Shown here: positions 1 to 9,667 of the stretch, one piece after another | Position numbering within the stretch: position 1 is the stretch's first letter | Layout of the letters: every line of letters begins with the position of its first letter | Assembly (NCBI GenBank): GCA_900617105.1 | Contig: UYFQ01000001.1 | Span: 434,001 to 498,000, forward strand | Direction of reading: 5' to 3' | Source: Hydrurus foetidus | Taxonomy: Eukaryota | Length of the DNA stretch: 64,000 nt | Notes under the pieces: generated by a model | What the model saw: the letters and a program-made list of their open reading frames with translations, nothing else | Told to the model about the DNA's origin: nothing | Database searches by the model: none | Program-made: the position numbers and the translations under genes

Positions 1-61
1 CCACAATGGCCGCAACGGCAAGCCATTTGCGGGTGCGTTGCTTGAAGGATTGGGTTGTCAT
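1..61 (-). CDS. 5' end of a gene running off the window (MTTQSFKQRTRKWLAVAAIV...), probable exported protein
   Basis: ATG at 61 (minus) read manually; basic then hydrophobic residues resemble a signal peptide. Confidence 0.5.
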   Translation of the reverse strand, partial: MTTQSFKQRTRKWLAVAAIV

Positions 62-154
62 GGTGAGTGCCCTTGGAAAAAAGGTAAGGAAAGAAGACGA
101 ACTTACAGCGCAGAAGATGGCGTTGCCCGCCAAAAATGCAAGAGACAGGCTTGT

Positions 155-544
155 TTAAAGATCGGCCTTCAATCCCACAATCAGCTGGGTGTAGGCCTGT
201 CCCAAGTCGTACATGCCGATGGGCGAGGGGTGGGTGGCTTCTAAGATGGTGTTGTATTTGGGGCAGTTTCGACGGGGGCGGTTCACGTCTTCTTCATCCG
301 TGGTTTTATCTACCCGCATCAGTCCTTTGCGCACGCACTGCATCAGCACCTGCACGGCCTCTTTGCTGTCGGGGTGGGCAGCGATGGTTTCGTTCATCAG
401 CTTGATGCCACGTTCGCTGATGGCCATATCGCGGTTGGCGTTGCGCGCTTCAAACAGCGCGACAGAACCGGCGATAACGGCGCAGGTCAGTAGAAACCAA
501 AAAAGACGCAGGTAGTTGTCGCGGCGAATTGACGGTTTTTTCAT
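155..544 (-). CDS. Hypothetical membrane-anchored protein
   Basis: 129-aa ORF with one N-terminal hydrophobic helix (LFWFLLTCAVIAGSVALF). Confidence 0.6.
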   Translation of the reverse strand: MKKPSIRRDNYLRLFWFLLTCAVIAGSVALFEARNANRDMAISERGIKLMNETIAAHPDSKEAVQVLMQCVRKGLMRVDKTTDEEDVNRPRRNCPKYNTILEATHPSPIGMYDLGQAYTQLIVGLKADL

Positions 545-654
545 GGGGTTTCAGTTTGGGTTGTGCAAGCAGCGTCTGTATTTTGACAGCGTAGCACAGG
601 CTACGGTGCTGGTGTGGTCGCTCTAGGTGGTGCGCAGCCTGAGACAATCGGAGG

Positions 655-2172
655 ATGAGCAAATCCACCGAAAATTCCACAGAAATTCCCCTAGCGGAAT
701 ATCCTCCTTGCGTATCTGCACTTTATCCCGAGGGCAGTCTGCTGATTGAGTCACTCGATCTCGAAGCCCAAGGTGTCGCACACCGTGCCGATGGCAAAGT
801 CGTGTTTGTTGAGGGGGCGCTGCCCTTTGAGCAAGTCAGCGCTAACATCCACCGCAAAAAGAACAACTGGGAAATGGCCAGTTTGCTGGCCATCCACCGT
901 GAATCCTCCCAGCGTGTGACACCCCAGTGCCCGCATTTTGGTCTGCACACTGGCGCTTGCGGTGGCTGCAAGATGCAGCATTTGCACCCCGCAGCGCAGG
1001 TCGCCGTGAAGCAGCGTGCGCTGGAAGACGCGCTGTGGCACCTGGGCAAAATCAAAGCGGAAACCATTCTTCGCCCGATTGAAGGCCCGGCGTGGGGCTA
1101 CCGTTACCGGGGCCGTCTGTCGGTGCGTTTTGTGCGCAAGAAAAACGAGGTGCTGGTTGGTTTTCACGAACGCAAGAGCCGCTACGTGACCGACATGCGC
1201 GAATGCCATGTGCTGCCCCCCAACGTCAGCGCCTTGCTGGTGCCGCTGCGGGGTTTGATTTTTGCGATGGACGCGCGCGAAACCTTGCCGCAAATCGAGC
1301 TGGCTTGCGGCGATGAGGTGATCGCCTTGGTGCTGCGTCACTTGGAGCCGCTGAGTGCGGGTGATTTGGTGCATCTGCGGGCTTTTGCACAGACCCATTC
1401 TGGTGTGATTGCCGGTAAGCGCCAAGTGCTGCAATGGTGGCTGCAACCCAAAGGGCCAGAGACGGTGCATCTTTTGACGGATGAAGATGGCTCTACCGCC
1501 ACCGCTGATGCCGATGAGCTGGCCTATTCGCTGCCCGAGTTCGGTGTCAATATGCCGTTCAAACCCACCGATTTCACACAGGTGAATCCGTACATCAACC
1601 GCGTGCTGGTCTCCAAAGCGCTCAAACTGCTGGCCGTGCAACGCCATGAGCGGGTGATCGATTGGTTCTGCGGTTTGGGCAATTTCACCCTGCCGCTGGC
1701 GACGCAGGCACGCGAGGTGCTGGGCATTGAGGGCAGTGCAGTGTTGGTGGCACGGTCTAAGCAGAATTTTGAGATTAATCGCTTGAGTGCGCAGAGTGGA
1801 TATGCACTGGCAGCTACTGATTTTGTAGCGCGTAACCTCTTTGACATGACACCACAGGGACTGGTGCAAGACGGATACGCCGACAAATGGTTGGTAGACC
1901 CGCCGCGTGAAGGGGCTTATGCCTTGGTGCAAGCCTTGGCGGCGCTGCACCAAGACCCTGCACTGGTCAGTGCGGTAGAGCTGCCTGTGGGCCAAGTGGC
2001 ATGGGCTGCACCGCAACGTATCGTGTATGTCAGCTGCAACCCAGCGACGCTGGCGCGCGATGCAGGGGTGCTGGTGCTGGAGGCTGGCTACCGCTGCGTG
2101 TTTGCAGGGGTTGTGAACATGTTCCCGCACACGGCCCATGTCGAGAGCATGGCGGTGTTTGAGCGGATTTGA
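655..2172 (+). CDS. rlmD: 23S rRNA (uracil-1939-C5)-methyltransferase
   Basis: TRAM-like N-terminus, CPHF..CGGC Fe-S motif, [17 protein letters not shown] motif, [26 protein letters not shown]. Confidence 0.95.
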   Translation: MSKSTENSTEIPLAEYPPCVSALYPEGSLLIESLDLEAQGVAHRADGKVVFVEGALPFEQVSANIHRKKNNWEMASLLAIHRESSQRVTPQCPHFGLHTGACGGCKMQHLHPAAQVAVKQRALEDALWHLGKIKAETILRPIEGPAWGYRYRGRLSVRFVRKKNEVLVGFHERKSRYVTDMRECHVLPPNVSALLVPLRGLIFAMDARETLPQIELACGDEVIALVLRHLEPLSAGDLVHLRAFAQTHSGVIAGKRQVLQWWLQPKGPETVHLLTDEDGSTATADADELAYSLPEFGVNMPFKPTDFTQVNPYINRVLVSKALKLLAVQRHERVIDWFCGLGNFTLPLATQAREVLGIEGSAVLVARSKQNFEINRLSAQSGYALAATDFVARNLFDMTPQGLVQDGYADKWLVDPPREGAYALVQALAALHQDPALVSAVELPVGQVAWAAPQRIVYVSCNPATLARDAGVLVLEAGYRCVFAGVVNMFPHTAHVESMAVFERI

Positions 2173-2231
2173 ACGGCAACGGTTATGCTTGCTTGTGAGG
2201 CCTGATGCGGCTCAGCAGGCCTCTTTGTGCC

Positions 2232-2609
2232 TCAGTGCGCCGCTTTGGTCTTCCCTTTAGGTGCCGCTTTTTCGGTAATGACCTCCTCTTCCTCTATTGC
2301 TTTTTTAGGTGGAGGAGGCGGTGGTGGGGGGGCGATACCTTCGAGCTTATTTTCGCGCATGTAGGCATCCATCTCTTTCCAACCCGCAAAGACACCGACT
2401 TTCACTGCTTTCGGGTTTTGCCTGTAGCAGTCTTCAATGCCTCGCAGCGCATGACGACAGGCGCTGCCTATGGCCTTGCCGTCAGCTTCTTTTTCTGCGG
2501 CTATTTTGTCACCATCTAAGCCAGGAATATCGCAGCCAACCAGCAATGCGATCACAGCAAAGGGGAGTAAGTGCCTTTTGAGCGAGGAAAGCAGGGTGAG
2601 GGTGTTCAT
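2232..2609 (-). CDS. Hypothetical lipoprotein
   Basis: Lipobox LLVGC, conserved-looking core AIGSACRHALRGIEDCY, poly-Pro linker. Confidence 0.8.
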   Translation of the reverse strand: MNTLTLLSSLKRHLLPFAVIALLVGCDIPGLDGDKIAAEKEADGKAIGSACRHALRGIEDCYRQNPKAVKVGVFAGWKEMDAYMRENKLEGIAPPPPPPPPKKAIEEEEVITEKAAPKGKTKAAH

Positions 2610-2651
2610 GGTTTTTTGATTATGGAGCGCTTGGACTTGGTTTTAAACCCA

Positions 2652-2681
2652 AAGAAAAAGGCCCCTAAGGGCCTTTTTCTT
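2652..2681. terminator. Rho-independent terminator (symmetrical)
   Basis: AAGAAAAAGGCCC-CTAA-GGGCCTTTTTCTT downstream of yccA. Confidence 0.85.
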
Positions 2682-2719
2682 GTGCGTAAAGCAGCTTTGC
2701 TTTGCGACGCATCAATGCA

Positions 2720-3412
2720 TTAATCGCGTTCGCCACCAAAGATGCCCAACAGTGACAACAGGCTTTGGAAAATATTGAATAAATCCAGGTAAATCGCCAG
2801 CGTCGCGGTGATGTAATTGGTCTCGCCACCGTCCACCACTTGCTTGATGTCATAAAGCATGTAAGCGCTGAAAATGCCAATCGCCAGCGTGCTCATTGCA
2901 GCCATTCCCATGGTGGAGCCAACGAAGATGTTGATGATGCTGCCGATCATCAGTACCACGGTGCCCCAGAACAGCCATTTACTCATGCCCGACAGATCAC
3001 GCTTGATAACGCTGGCCAAGCTGGCCACCACAAAGAACACGCCTGCAGTACCGCCAAAGGCCGTCATCACCAGCGAAGAGCCGTTTTTAAAGCCCAGTAC
3101 CATCGCAATCATGCGCGACAGCATCAGACCCATGAAAAACGTGAACGCCAGCAAGACAGGGATGCCCGCTGCGGAGTTTTTGGTTTTTTCGATGGCAAAC
3201 ATGAAGCCGAAAGCGCCAGCGAAAAACACGATCATGCCCATGCCACCACCCAATGAACGGGTAATGCCTGTGGAGACTCCCACCCAGGCCCCTAGCACTG
3301 TGGGTATCAGGCTCAGTGCTAGCAGCCAGTAAGTGTTGCGCAGCACTTTGTTGCGCGTCTCTTGCGAGACGGCATAGCCAAAGTTGTCGTTACTGTAGAC
3401 GTTGTCGTTCAT
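2720..3412 (-). CDS. yccA: Bax inhibitor-1/YccA family membrane protein
   Basis: NKVLRNTYWLL, about 7 TM helices, GGETNYITATLAIYLDLFNIFQSLL. Confidence 0.92.
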   Translation of the reverse strand: MNDNVYSNDNFGYAVSQETRNKVLRNTYWLLALSLIPTVLGAWVGVSTGITRSLGGGMGMIVFFAGAFGFMFAIEKTKNSAAGIPVLLAFTFFMGLMLSRMIAMVLGFKNGSSLVMTAFGGTAGVFFVVASLASVIKRDLSGMSKWLFWGTVVLMIGSIINIFVGSTMGMAAMSTLAIGIFSAYMLYDIKQVVDGGETNYITATLAIYLDLFNIFQSLLSLLGIFGGERD

Positions 3413-3578
3413 GGTGATGATCTCCTGAGATTACCTATAGGCTTAGATGGGCGGATTTTAGGTTGGTTCAAGGTGATGTGCGAATTTTTAACGGATTTCG
3501 CCGTTATGCTTCATTGGCGACCTTTGTTTGCTCTGTGTCTGTTGACGCATTATCATTTTTTCCTTTTTCAATATTGCC

Positions 3579-3986
3579 ATGAAAACCAAACCTTTTTTAG
3601 AACTTGCTGACATCAAAGCCATCGCCGCTGCCGCTGAGGCAGAAGCCCTCAAGAACAACTGGGCTGTGGCCATTGCTATCGTGGACGACGGTGGGCATTT
3701 GCTGTGGTTGCAGCGCTTGGATGGTGCAGCACCCTTGACCGCCCACATTGCCCCCGCCAAAGCCAACACAGCCGCCTTGGGCCGCCGCGAAAGCCGCATC
3801 TACGAAGAGATCATCAACAATGGCCGCACCTCGTTCCTGAGCGTACCTGACATCAAGGGGATGCTTGAAGGGGGCGTTGCGATCATCAAAGACGGCCATT
3901 GTCTCGGTGCGGTAGGTGTCAGCGGCGTGAAATCGTCAGAAGATGCACAAATTGCCAAAGTAGGCATTGCGGCGATCGGGCTTTGA
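3579..3986 (+). CDS. GlcG/HbpS family heme-binding protein
   Basis: IAIVDDGGHLL..RLDGA, AKANTAA, GGVAI..GAVGVSGVKSSEDAQIA. Confidence 0.9.
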   Translation: MKTKPFLELADIKAIAAAAEAEALKNNWAVAIAIVDDGGHLLWLQRLDGAAPLTAHIAPAKANTAALGRRESRIYEEIINNGRTSFLSVPDIKGMLEGGVAIIKDGHCLGAVGVSGVKSSEDAQIAKVGIAAIGL

Positions 3987-4010
3987 TTCTCGCGAACCAT
4001 CGCGCGTTGC

Positions 4011-4040
4011 AAAGCAAAAAGGCCCCGAAGGGCCTTTTTT
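4011..4040. terminator. Bidirectional Rho-independent terminator
   Basis: AAAAAGGCCC-CGAA-GGGCCTTTTTT between the convergent GlcG gene and hemP transcript. Confidence 0.85.
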
Positions 4041-4230
4041 AATGGGGGCTTGAGACCGCCGGGAATACCGCCAAGATAACAAAACAGAACAGTTTGTGGA
4101 AAAAATGCATGGCTGGCCAGGACGAACCCAGTGGCTAGCAAAAACGACCCTTGGAGTCAACCGGATGGCCCGGTTGCAGAGTCGCCCCACGATGAAACTT
4201 GTTGAGGCTGCTTGGAATTGTATAAGCAGC
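4011..4230 (-). ncRNA. Candidate hemP 3'-UTR-derived iron-regulated sRNA (BrrF-like position)
   Basis: About 220 nt noncoding, two hairpins, U-rich stretch, ends in an intrinsic terminator; co-oriented with Fur-boxed hemP. Confidence 0.5.
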
Positions 4231-4434
4231 TTATTTGGTCAAAATCAGTTTGCCCAGCTTGGTGGATTGCAAGCGGTACACCGCGCCGTTGTGCGAAATA
4301 CCCACCGTGCGTTGACCTTGCAGCAAAGCCGTACTGTCCACAATCTGAGGTGCATCGGCGGCGACCGGTGCCACGTCCCGCAATGTCAGGGTAGGGCGTG
4401 CAGTCAGCGAGAGGGTGGAGAGGTGTAAGGTCAT
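4231..4434 (-). CDS. hemP: Hemin uptake regulator HemP/HmuP
   Basis: Signature C-terminus VDSTALLQGQRTVGISHNGAVYRLQSTKLGKLILTK. Confidence 0.93.
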   Translation of the reverse strand: MTLHLSTLSLTARPTLTLRDVAPVAADAPQIVDSTALLQGQRTVGISHNGAVYRLQSTKLGKLILTK

Positions 4435-4467
4435 GGTGTTTACTGCATTGCTGAAGTTGAATATCTA

Positions 4468-4486
4468 AATGATAATGATTCGCAAT
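4468..4486. promoter_or_regulatory. Fur box upstream of hemP
   Basis: AATGATAATGATTCGCAAT. Confidence 0.85.
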
Positions 4487-4562
4487 TAAAAAGTCAAGTA
4501 AAAAAGCAAAATCAGAAAAATAATTTCACCCAACCCTCACTCCCATCATTTCCGCGATTCAA

Positions 4563-4594
4563 GCCGTCATTCCCAAGAAGACTGGAATGACGGC
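4563..4594. repeat. REP-like hairpin downstream of exbD
   Basis: GCCGTCATTCC-N10-GGAATGACGGC, perfect 11-bp inverted repeat. Confidence 0.65.
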
Positions 4595-4609
4595 ATGGGT
4601 CGCATCTGA

Positions 4610-5020
4610 TCAGTTTTTAGGCTCGGTGATAAAGCCTATTTTGTGCAAACCCGCCTGCTGCGCCGCCGCCATGGCTTGGGCCACGCGTTCATAGCGCACC
4701 GCTTTGTCGCCCCGTATGTGTAGCTCAGGTTGGGGCTGCTTGGTGCTTTCAGCGGCCAGCATGGGGGCCAAATCGGCATCCGCGATTTTGTTTTCGTTCC
4801 AAAAATACTCGCCGGCGGCATCCACGCTCAGGCGGATAGTTTCGGGCTTGGCATCTTGGGCCTGGTTCGTCGCACGGGGTAAATCAATGTTGACGGCGTG
4901 CTTCATGACCGGGATGGTGATGATGAAAATAATGAGCAACACCAGCATCACGTCCACCAGGGGCGTCATGTTGATCTCGTTCATCACTTCATCGGGTTCG
5001 TCTTGGGTTCCAAAAGACAT
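4610..5020 (-). CDS. exbD: Biopolymer transporter ExbD
   Basis: EINMTPLVDVMLVLLIIFIIT; IRGDKAVRY. Confidence 0.95.
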   Translation of the reverse strand: MSFGTQDEPDEVMNEINMTPLVDVMLVLLIIFIITIPVMKHAVNIDLPRATNQAQDAKPETIRLSVDAAGEYFWNENKIADADLAPMLAAESTKQPQPELHIRGDKAVRYERVAQAMAAAQQAGLHKIGFITEPKN

Positions 5021-5032
5021 GGCGAATCCTGG

Positions 5033-5746
5033 TTATGCTTTTTTCATCACGACGACGTTACCGCTGTCGCTGGAGCTGACACGAGCCCCGGTGACGTAGT
5101 AGGCGTGCAAATCGTGGCCAAAGCGGTTCAATTTGTTCAACACGCCTTTGTTGCCGCGCACCAAGGCGTTGTAGCCCAACACCGCTGGAATCGCCACCGC
5201 CAAGCCCAGGGCCGTCATGATGAGTGCTTCACCGATGGGGCCTGCTACTTTGTCGATGGTGGCTTGTCCTGCAACGCCGATGGACAGCAGCGCGTGGTAA
5301 ATGCCCCAAACTGTGCCAAACAAACCGACGAACGGGCCAGTCGAGCCAACAGAAGCCAAAATAGCCAAGCCAGATTGCATGCGTGCCGTGGAATCGTCAA
5401 TCGAGTTGCGCAAGCTGCGTGTGACCCAATCGCTCACGTCCAGCGAATCGTGCAACTGAGGTTGCGCTTCGCGGTGGTGGGCGGTGGCTTCGCGGCCTTC
5501 CAGTGCCAAAGCGCGGAAAGGGTTCGAAGCATCAGTGCCAAATTTAGCCAGACCATCGACAAAATCAGCGCTGTGCCAAAAGCTCTCTGTAGATTTGGCT
5601 TGCGAGGCCAGTTTGCGTAAATCAAGGGCCTTGATGATGATGACCATCCACGAAGCCAGCGACATGACGAGCAGCAAAACAGCGACAAAACGGGTGACGA
5701 AATCGCCTTGCGTCCAGACGTTGATGAGACCAAATTGAGAATTCAT
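5033..5746 (-). CDS. exbB: MotA/TolQ/ExbB proton channel
   Basis: PFVGLFGTVWGI; IGEALIMTALGLAVAIPAV. Confidence 0.95.
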   Translation of the reverse strand: MNSQFGLINVWTQGDFVTRFVAVLLLVMSLASWMVIIIKALDLRKLASQAKSTESFWHSADFVDGLAKFGTDASNPFRALALEGREATAHHREAQPQLHDSLDVSDWVTRSLRNSIDDSTARMQSGLAILASVGSTGPFVGLFGTVWGIYHALLSIGVAGQATIDKVAGPIGEALIMTALGLAVAIPAVLGYNALVRGNKGVLNKLNRFGHDLHAYYVTGARVSSSDSGNVVVMKKA

Positions 5747-5752
5747 AAGTAC

Positions 5753-6478
5753 TTACTCCAAAACAAAATTAATCGGAACGACAAACCACATGGCTTCAGC
5801 CACGCCGCCGCGCTTGCCCGGCACGTAATGCCATTTCTGGACGGTGCTGAGCGCTATTTGGTCTAGTCGGTCAAACCCGCTGGACTGTCTTATTTCTGCC
5901 TTTTCGGCCAAACCGTTAACGCCAATGAAAACGCGAACCAACACCTTACCCTGTTCACCTAGGCGTTTGCTGATGGGGGGGTAGGGGGGGCGAGGGTTTT
6001 GCAGATAGTCTGCATCGCTGGACGGTAACTCTACACGCGCTGGCGCGGGAAGTGCCACAGGCGGCGCAGATGGCGCTGCTGAAACAGCTACGGGTGCAGC
6101 GATGGGGGGAGCCGGGGGCTGCGGTGTGGTCACGCCAGTGGGGGCATTGGGCGCAGGCGTGGTGTCTGCAATGGCCATCAACTGCGGAGGCGGTGGAGCG
6201 GTCGGCTTGATGGCTTTGGTCACCGGTTGTTGCTTGAGCAGTTTAGGCGGCGGCGGTGGCGGATTGACTTTGGGCGCAGGGGGCTCAATCAATTGACTGA
6301 GGATTTCTGCGGGCACCACAATCTCAATCGCACGGCGCACCAAGCCACTTTGCAGCGCCCACAGCGCGGCGACGTGGAACACAAGCACGCTGCTGACGAT
6401 CACCAAATTGCGGTTCATGGCAGGTGCTGTAGTCTGTGAGGAAATAGGCAAGCTAGAAGGATAACTGAGCGAAGTCAT
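5753..6478 (-). CDS. tonB: Energy transducer TonB
   Basis: N-terminal TM anchor with His, Pro-rich spacer, C-domain PPYPPISKRLGEQGKV..SSGFDRLD; start may be MNRNLV at 6418. Confidence 0.92.
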   Translation of the reverse strand: MTSLSYPSSLPISSQTTAPAMNRNLVIVSSVLVFHVAALWALQSGLVRRAIEIVVPAEILSQLIEPPAPKVNPPPPPPKLLKQQPVTKAIKPTAPPPPQLMAIADTTPAPNAPTGVTTPQPPAPPIAAPVAVSAAPSAPPVALPAPARVELPSSDADYLQNPRPPYPPISKRLGEQGKVLVRVFIGVNGLAEKAEIRQSSGFDRLDQIALSTVQKWHYVPGKRGGVAEAMWFVVPINFVLE

Positions 6479-6549
6479 ATTTTAAGCGGCCGAGTTAGCG
6501 GGGATGTCTGCGCTTTGAAACACCCACCAAGTTGCGCCTAAAACCAAAA

Positions 6550-6843
6550 TCAGGCTGGCAACGATGAGTGAGATGCCGATGAATGAGGGGCAGTCCATGC
6601 TTTGCTTTCTATGATGGCGTTGGCGAGCATGATGGGTTGACTCTGCACAGTGCCGTCACGGTGAATGGCGGCAAAAGGGTGCATAGCACTGCACTGTGCG
6701 ACGACATCGCGTGCGCACCCTTCGCAGCGACCACATTGGGTTGCAACGCCAAGCTCGAATTGAATGTCATCAAAGCTGAGGCCTGCACGCGCATGGCGGG
6801 CAATTTCGCGGTCGGAAACTCGGTGACATACACAAACAATCAT
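6550..6843 (-). CDS. bfd: Bacterioferritin-associated ferredoxin
   Basis: MIVCVCHRVSDREI...GVATQCGRC [2Fe-2S] motif. Confidence 0.9.
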   Translation of the reverse strand: MIVCVCHRVSDREIARHARAGLSFDDIQFELGVATQCGRCEGCARDVVAQCSAMHPFAAIHRDGTVQSQPIMLANAIIESKAWTAPHSSASHSSLPA

Positions 6844-6888
6844 GGCGGCAGAAAAGCTGGCTTACGGTGAATTGAAGCTCAGAGTATA

Positions 6889-6907
6889 AATGCGAATCCG
6901 TCGCATT
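6889..6907. promoter_or_regulatory. Fur box upstream of bfd-tonB-exbBD
   Basis: AATGCGAATCCGTCGCATT. Confidence 0.75.
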
Positions 6908-6912
6908 TGCAA

Positions 6913-8055
6913 TCATTGTTTGAGTTTGCCCTCATTATTTTTAAGCAGCAACTCTGGTGTGACCTGCGCCAGCGTGGCGCAGCCGCACTGCACCATCGCG
7001 ATTTCCAGTTCGTCGCGCAGCAGGCGCAGCACATGGGCGACGCCTACAGCGCCGGCATTCGCCAGCCCAAACACGCAAGGTCTGCCCACCAACACAGCTT
7101 GTGCGCCCAAGGCGATGGCTTTCAACACATCGGTGCCGCGCCGGATGCCACCATCCACCAGCACCGCTGTGTGGCCAGGTTGTCCGGCGATGGCTTGCAC
7201 GATGCGTGGCAGCACGGCGCTGGTCGCCGGGGCGGTATCGAGCGTGCGGCCTCCGTGGTTGGAGACGATGATGCCCGCAAAACCCATCGCGGCGGCTTGC
7301 CGGGCATCGTCTTCGTGGAGTATGCCTTTGAGCAAAATCGGCAGGCGTGTTCGGGCCTGCAACTGGGCCAAATCGTCCCAGGTGGGGGCCAGCGCCACCG
7401 CGCCATCAAAAGCGCTGTCGGTGCCGGTACGGGCTATAGGTGCTGGTGGCATGCCGGCCAGATTCACGGCGGATATACCGGGCGGGACTTTGAAGCCAGC
7501 ACGCCGTTCGCGGTCACGCACGCCACTGCTGGGGGCATCCACCGTAACGACCAGCGCTTCATAGCCTGCCAACTCGGCGCGCCTGACCAGCTCATAAGTG
7601 AAGCCCCGGTCGTGCTGGATGTAGAGCTGGAACCACAACGGGCCACGCCCAGGCTCGTTGAGCACAGCATCAGCTATTGTTTCCATAGCTACGCTCGCTT
7701 GTGTACTCAGCACAAAGCCGGTGTTTTGTGCCGCAGCGGCGTAGGCCATCGCCAGTTCGCCATCAGGGTGGGCGATGCGCTGGTAGGCCACGGGGGCCAC
7801 CAAAATAGGTATGTCTAAAGGCCGACCCAGCAGCGTGGTGCGGCAATGGCCGCCAGCCAGGGCTTGCAAGACGCGGGGTTGCAGCGTCAGCGCGTCCCAG
7901 CTGCTGCGGTTCGCTCGCAAGGTGATTTCGTCCCCCGCACCACCGCTGAAATAGGCCCAAGCCTTGGCATCCAACACGGTTTGCGCATGGGTTTCATGGT
8001 CAGCCAGCGAGACGATGCCGGGCGGGATGTGGGCCAGTGTAGGTACTGTATTCAT
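6913..8055 (-). CDS. FMN-dependent alpha-hydroxy-acid oxidase/dehydrogenase
   Basis: WFQLY, LVVTVDAP, LLKGI, IVSNHGGRTLD, VDGGIRRGTDVLKAIALGA. Confidence 0.93.
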   Translation of the reverse strand: MNTVPTLAHIPPGIVSLADHETHAQTVLDAKAWAYFSGGAGDEITLRANRSSWDALTLQPRVLQALAGGHCRTTLLGRPLDIPILVAPVAYQRIAHPDGELAMAYAAAAQNTGFVLSTQASVAMETIADAVLNEPGRGPLWFQLYIQHDRGFTYELVRRAELAGYEALVVTVDAPSSGVRDRERRAGFKVPPGISAVNLAGMPPAPIARTGTDSAFDGAVALAPTWDDLAQLQARTRLPILLKGILHEDDARQAAAMGFAGIIVSNHGGRTLDTAPATSAVLPRIVQAIAGQPGHTAVLVDGGIRRGTDVLKAIALGAQAVLVGRPCVFGLANAGAVGVAHVLRLLRDELEIAMVQCGCATLAQVTPELLLKNNEGKLKQ

Positions 8056-8597
8056 AGCAAGGTAGGTTTATGATCACTGCTAGAAGGGTGGTTTTTTCGT
8101 CCTGTGAACATGGCGAGAATCAGATTCTCGCGGTGACGCAGGCTGGTGAACACCACGCCCGTTACATGCACCGCGATCAGCCCCAATAGCGCCCAAGCCA
8201 GCGCGCAGTGCAGCCTGTCCAACCATGCCTCGCCCCAAAAAGCGTCGGTGGTGTAGAGCCAGCCAGTCAGCCCCAGGCTGGTGACGCAGGTCAGCAACGC
8301 CAGCACCATCCAGCCACCCAGAGGGTTATGGCCGATGTAGCGAGATTCTTTGTTCGTGCGCAGTTGCTGGGCGTAGCGCAACACCGACCCAGCACCGCGC
8401 ACGAACTCAGAAAATTGGGCAAAACGGCTGCCGGTAAACCCCCAAACCAAACGGATTGCCACCACCCCCAAAGCCACATAGCCCGCGATCTCATGAAAAC
8501 GGACGAAGCCCCAACCCAGCGTGCTGAGCCATGCAGCAGCCACAGCGCCCACCAGCGTCCAGTGCAGCACGCGGACTAAGCCGTCCCAGACTTTCAT
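8052..8597 (-). CDS. Cytochrome b/b6 domain membrane protein
   Basis: VWDGLVRVLHW, HEIAGY, GHNPLGGW, further His ligands; overlaps the next gene. Confidence 0.9.
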   Translation of the reverse strand: MKVWDGLVRVLHWTLVGAVAAAWLSTLGWGFVRFHEIAGYVALGVVAIRLVWGFTGSRFAQFSEFVRGAGSVLRYAQQLRTNKESRYIGHNPLGGWMVLALLTCVTSLGLTGWLYTTDAFWGEAWLDRLHCALAWALLGLIAVHVTGVVFTSLRHRENLILAMFTGRKNHPSSSDHKPTLL

Positions 8598-8610
8598 TGG
8601 GGGTGTTGCG

Positions 8611-8892
8611 TCAAGAGCCTTGTTTCACTTCGCCCACTTTTTCAAAAGTCTTGGGGTTGAAGTAAACCTCGGCGCGGCTGCCTTTGTCGTCAAAACCATA
8701 AACCTCGTAGCAGCCGTTATCCACCTTGACTTGGCGCACCCGCCAGCCTTCGCTGATGAGTTTGCGCTGCAAGTCCATTTGCGGCTTCCATTCGGCTTTG
8801 GGCACGTCGCAGCTGATGTCGCCGTGGGCAAAGCTGGTGCTGGCGGTTGCGGCGAGAACGAGGGCTGCGGTGATGCGAGATGCGTAGTTCAT
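8611..8892 (-). CDS. Periplasmic PepSY domain protein
   Basis: Signal peptide; KVDNGCYEVYG..EVYFNPKT. Confidence 0.88.
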   Translation of the reverse strand: MNYASRITAALVLAATASTSFAHGDISCDVPKAEWKPQMDLQRKLISEGWRVRQVKVDNGCYEVYGFDDKGSRAEVYFNPKTFEKVGEVKQGS

Positions 8893-8959
8893 GGGATGGT
8901 GATTTTAAAAATGATAGCAATAAAGTGATGTGATGCAAGCGGTAAAGCTTAAAAGTGAC

Positions 8960-9649
8960 TTACGAGTCAGCCCACATCCTTAGCAAATTATGGTAGGTGG
9001 CCGTCAAGCCCACCACGGCGGCATCGGTTTCACCCACGGTGCTACGCAGGTGGATCAAATGGTTGTCCATGTCGAACAGCAAGCGGCGCTGCTCGGTGCT
9101 ACGCACCATGCTTTCGATCCAGAAAAAACAGGCCAAGCGTGTGCCGCGCGTGACCGGGGCCACTTGGTGAACGCTGGTGCCGGGGTACAGCACGAGGTGC
9201 CCGGCGGGCAGTTTGATGTGCTGGTCGCCGTGGGTGTCGTGGATGATGAGTTCGCCGCCGTCGTAGTCTTGCGGGTCAGAGAGAAACAAGGTGCAAGAGA
9301 GATCCGTGCGAACCCGCTGGCCACCCTCGGGGGCGTAGCGCAGGGCGCTGTCAACATGCGGGCCGTAGAAATTGGCTCCGCCGCTGGTGTAACGGTTAAA
9401 GCCCGGCGTGTACACCCGTTTAGGCAGGGCGGCTGAGAAAACGCGGGCTTGGCGGTCCAGTGCACGCAGCACCAGTGAGCGCAGTGTGCCAGCTGCCTCG
9501 CAGTCGTGCGGCAATTGCGCGTTGTTTTTAACCTGCGCTGCCTGCGGCCCTGCGCTGACGCGACCATCCACCCATGGCGCACTTTGGAGCAGCGCTTGGG
9601 CTTGGGCGATTTCTTGCACGGTCAGGACATCGGGGACAGGCAGCAGCAT
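8960..9649 (-). CDS. piuC: PKHD-type Fe(II)/2-oxoglutarate dioxygenase (PiuC/YbiX)
   Basis: [43 protein letters not shown]. Confidence 0.93.
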   Translation of the reverse strand: MLLPVPDVLTVQEIAQAQALLQSAPWVDGRVSAGPQAAQVKNNAQLPHDCEAAGTLRSLVLRALDRQARVFSAALPKRVYTPGFNRYTSGGANFYGPHVDSALRYAPEGGQRVRTDLSCTLFLSDPQDYDGGELIIHDTHGDQHIKLPAGHLVLYPGTSVHQVAPVTRGTRLACFFWIESMVRSTEQRRLLFDMDNHLIHLRSTVGETDAAVVGLTATYHNLLRMWADS

Positions 9650-9667
9650 GATGGGCTCAATTTCAGG

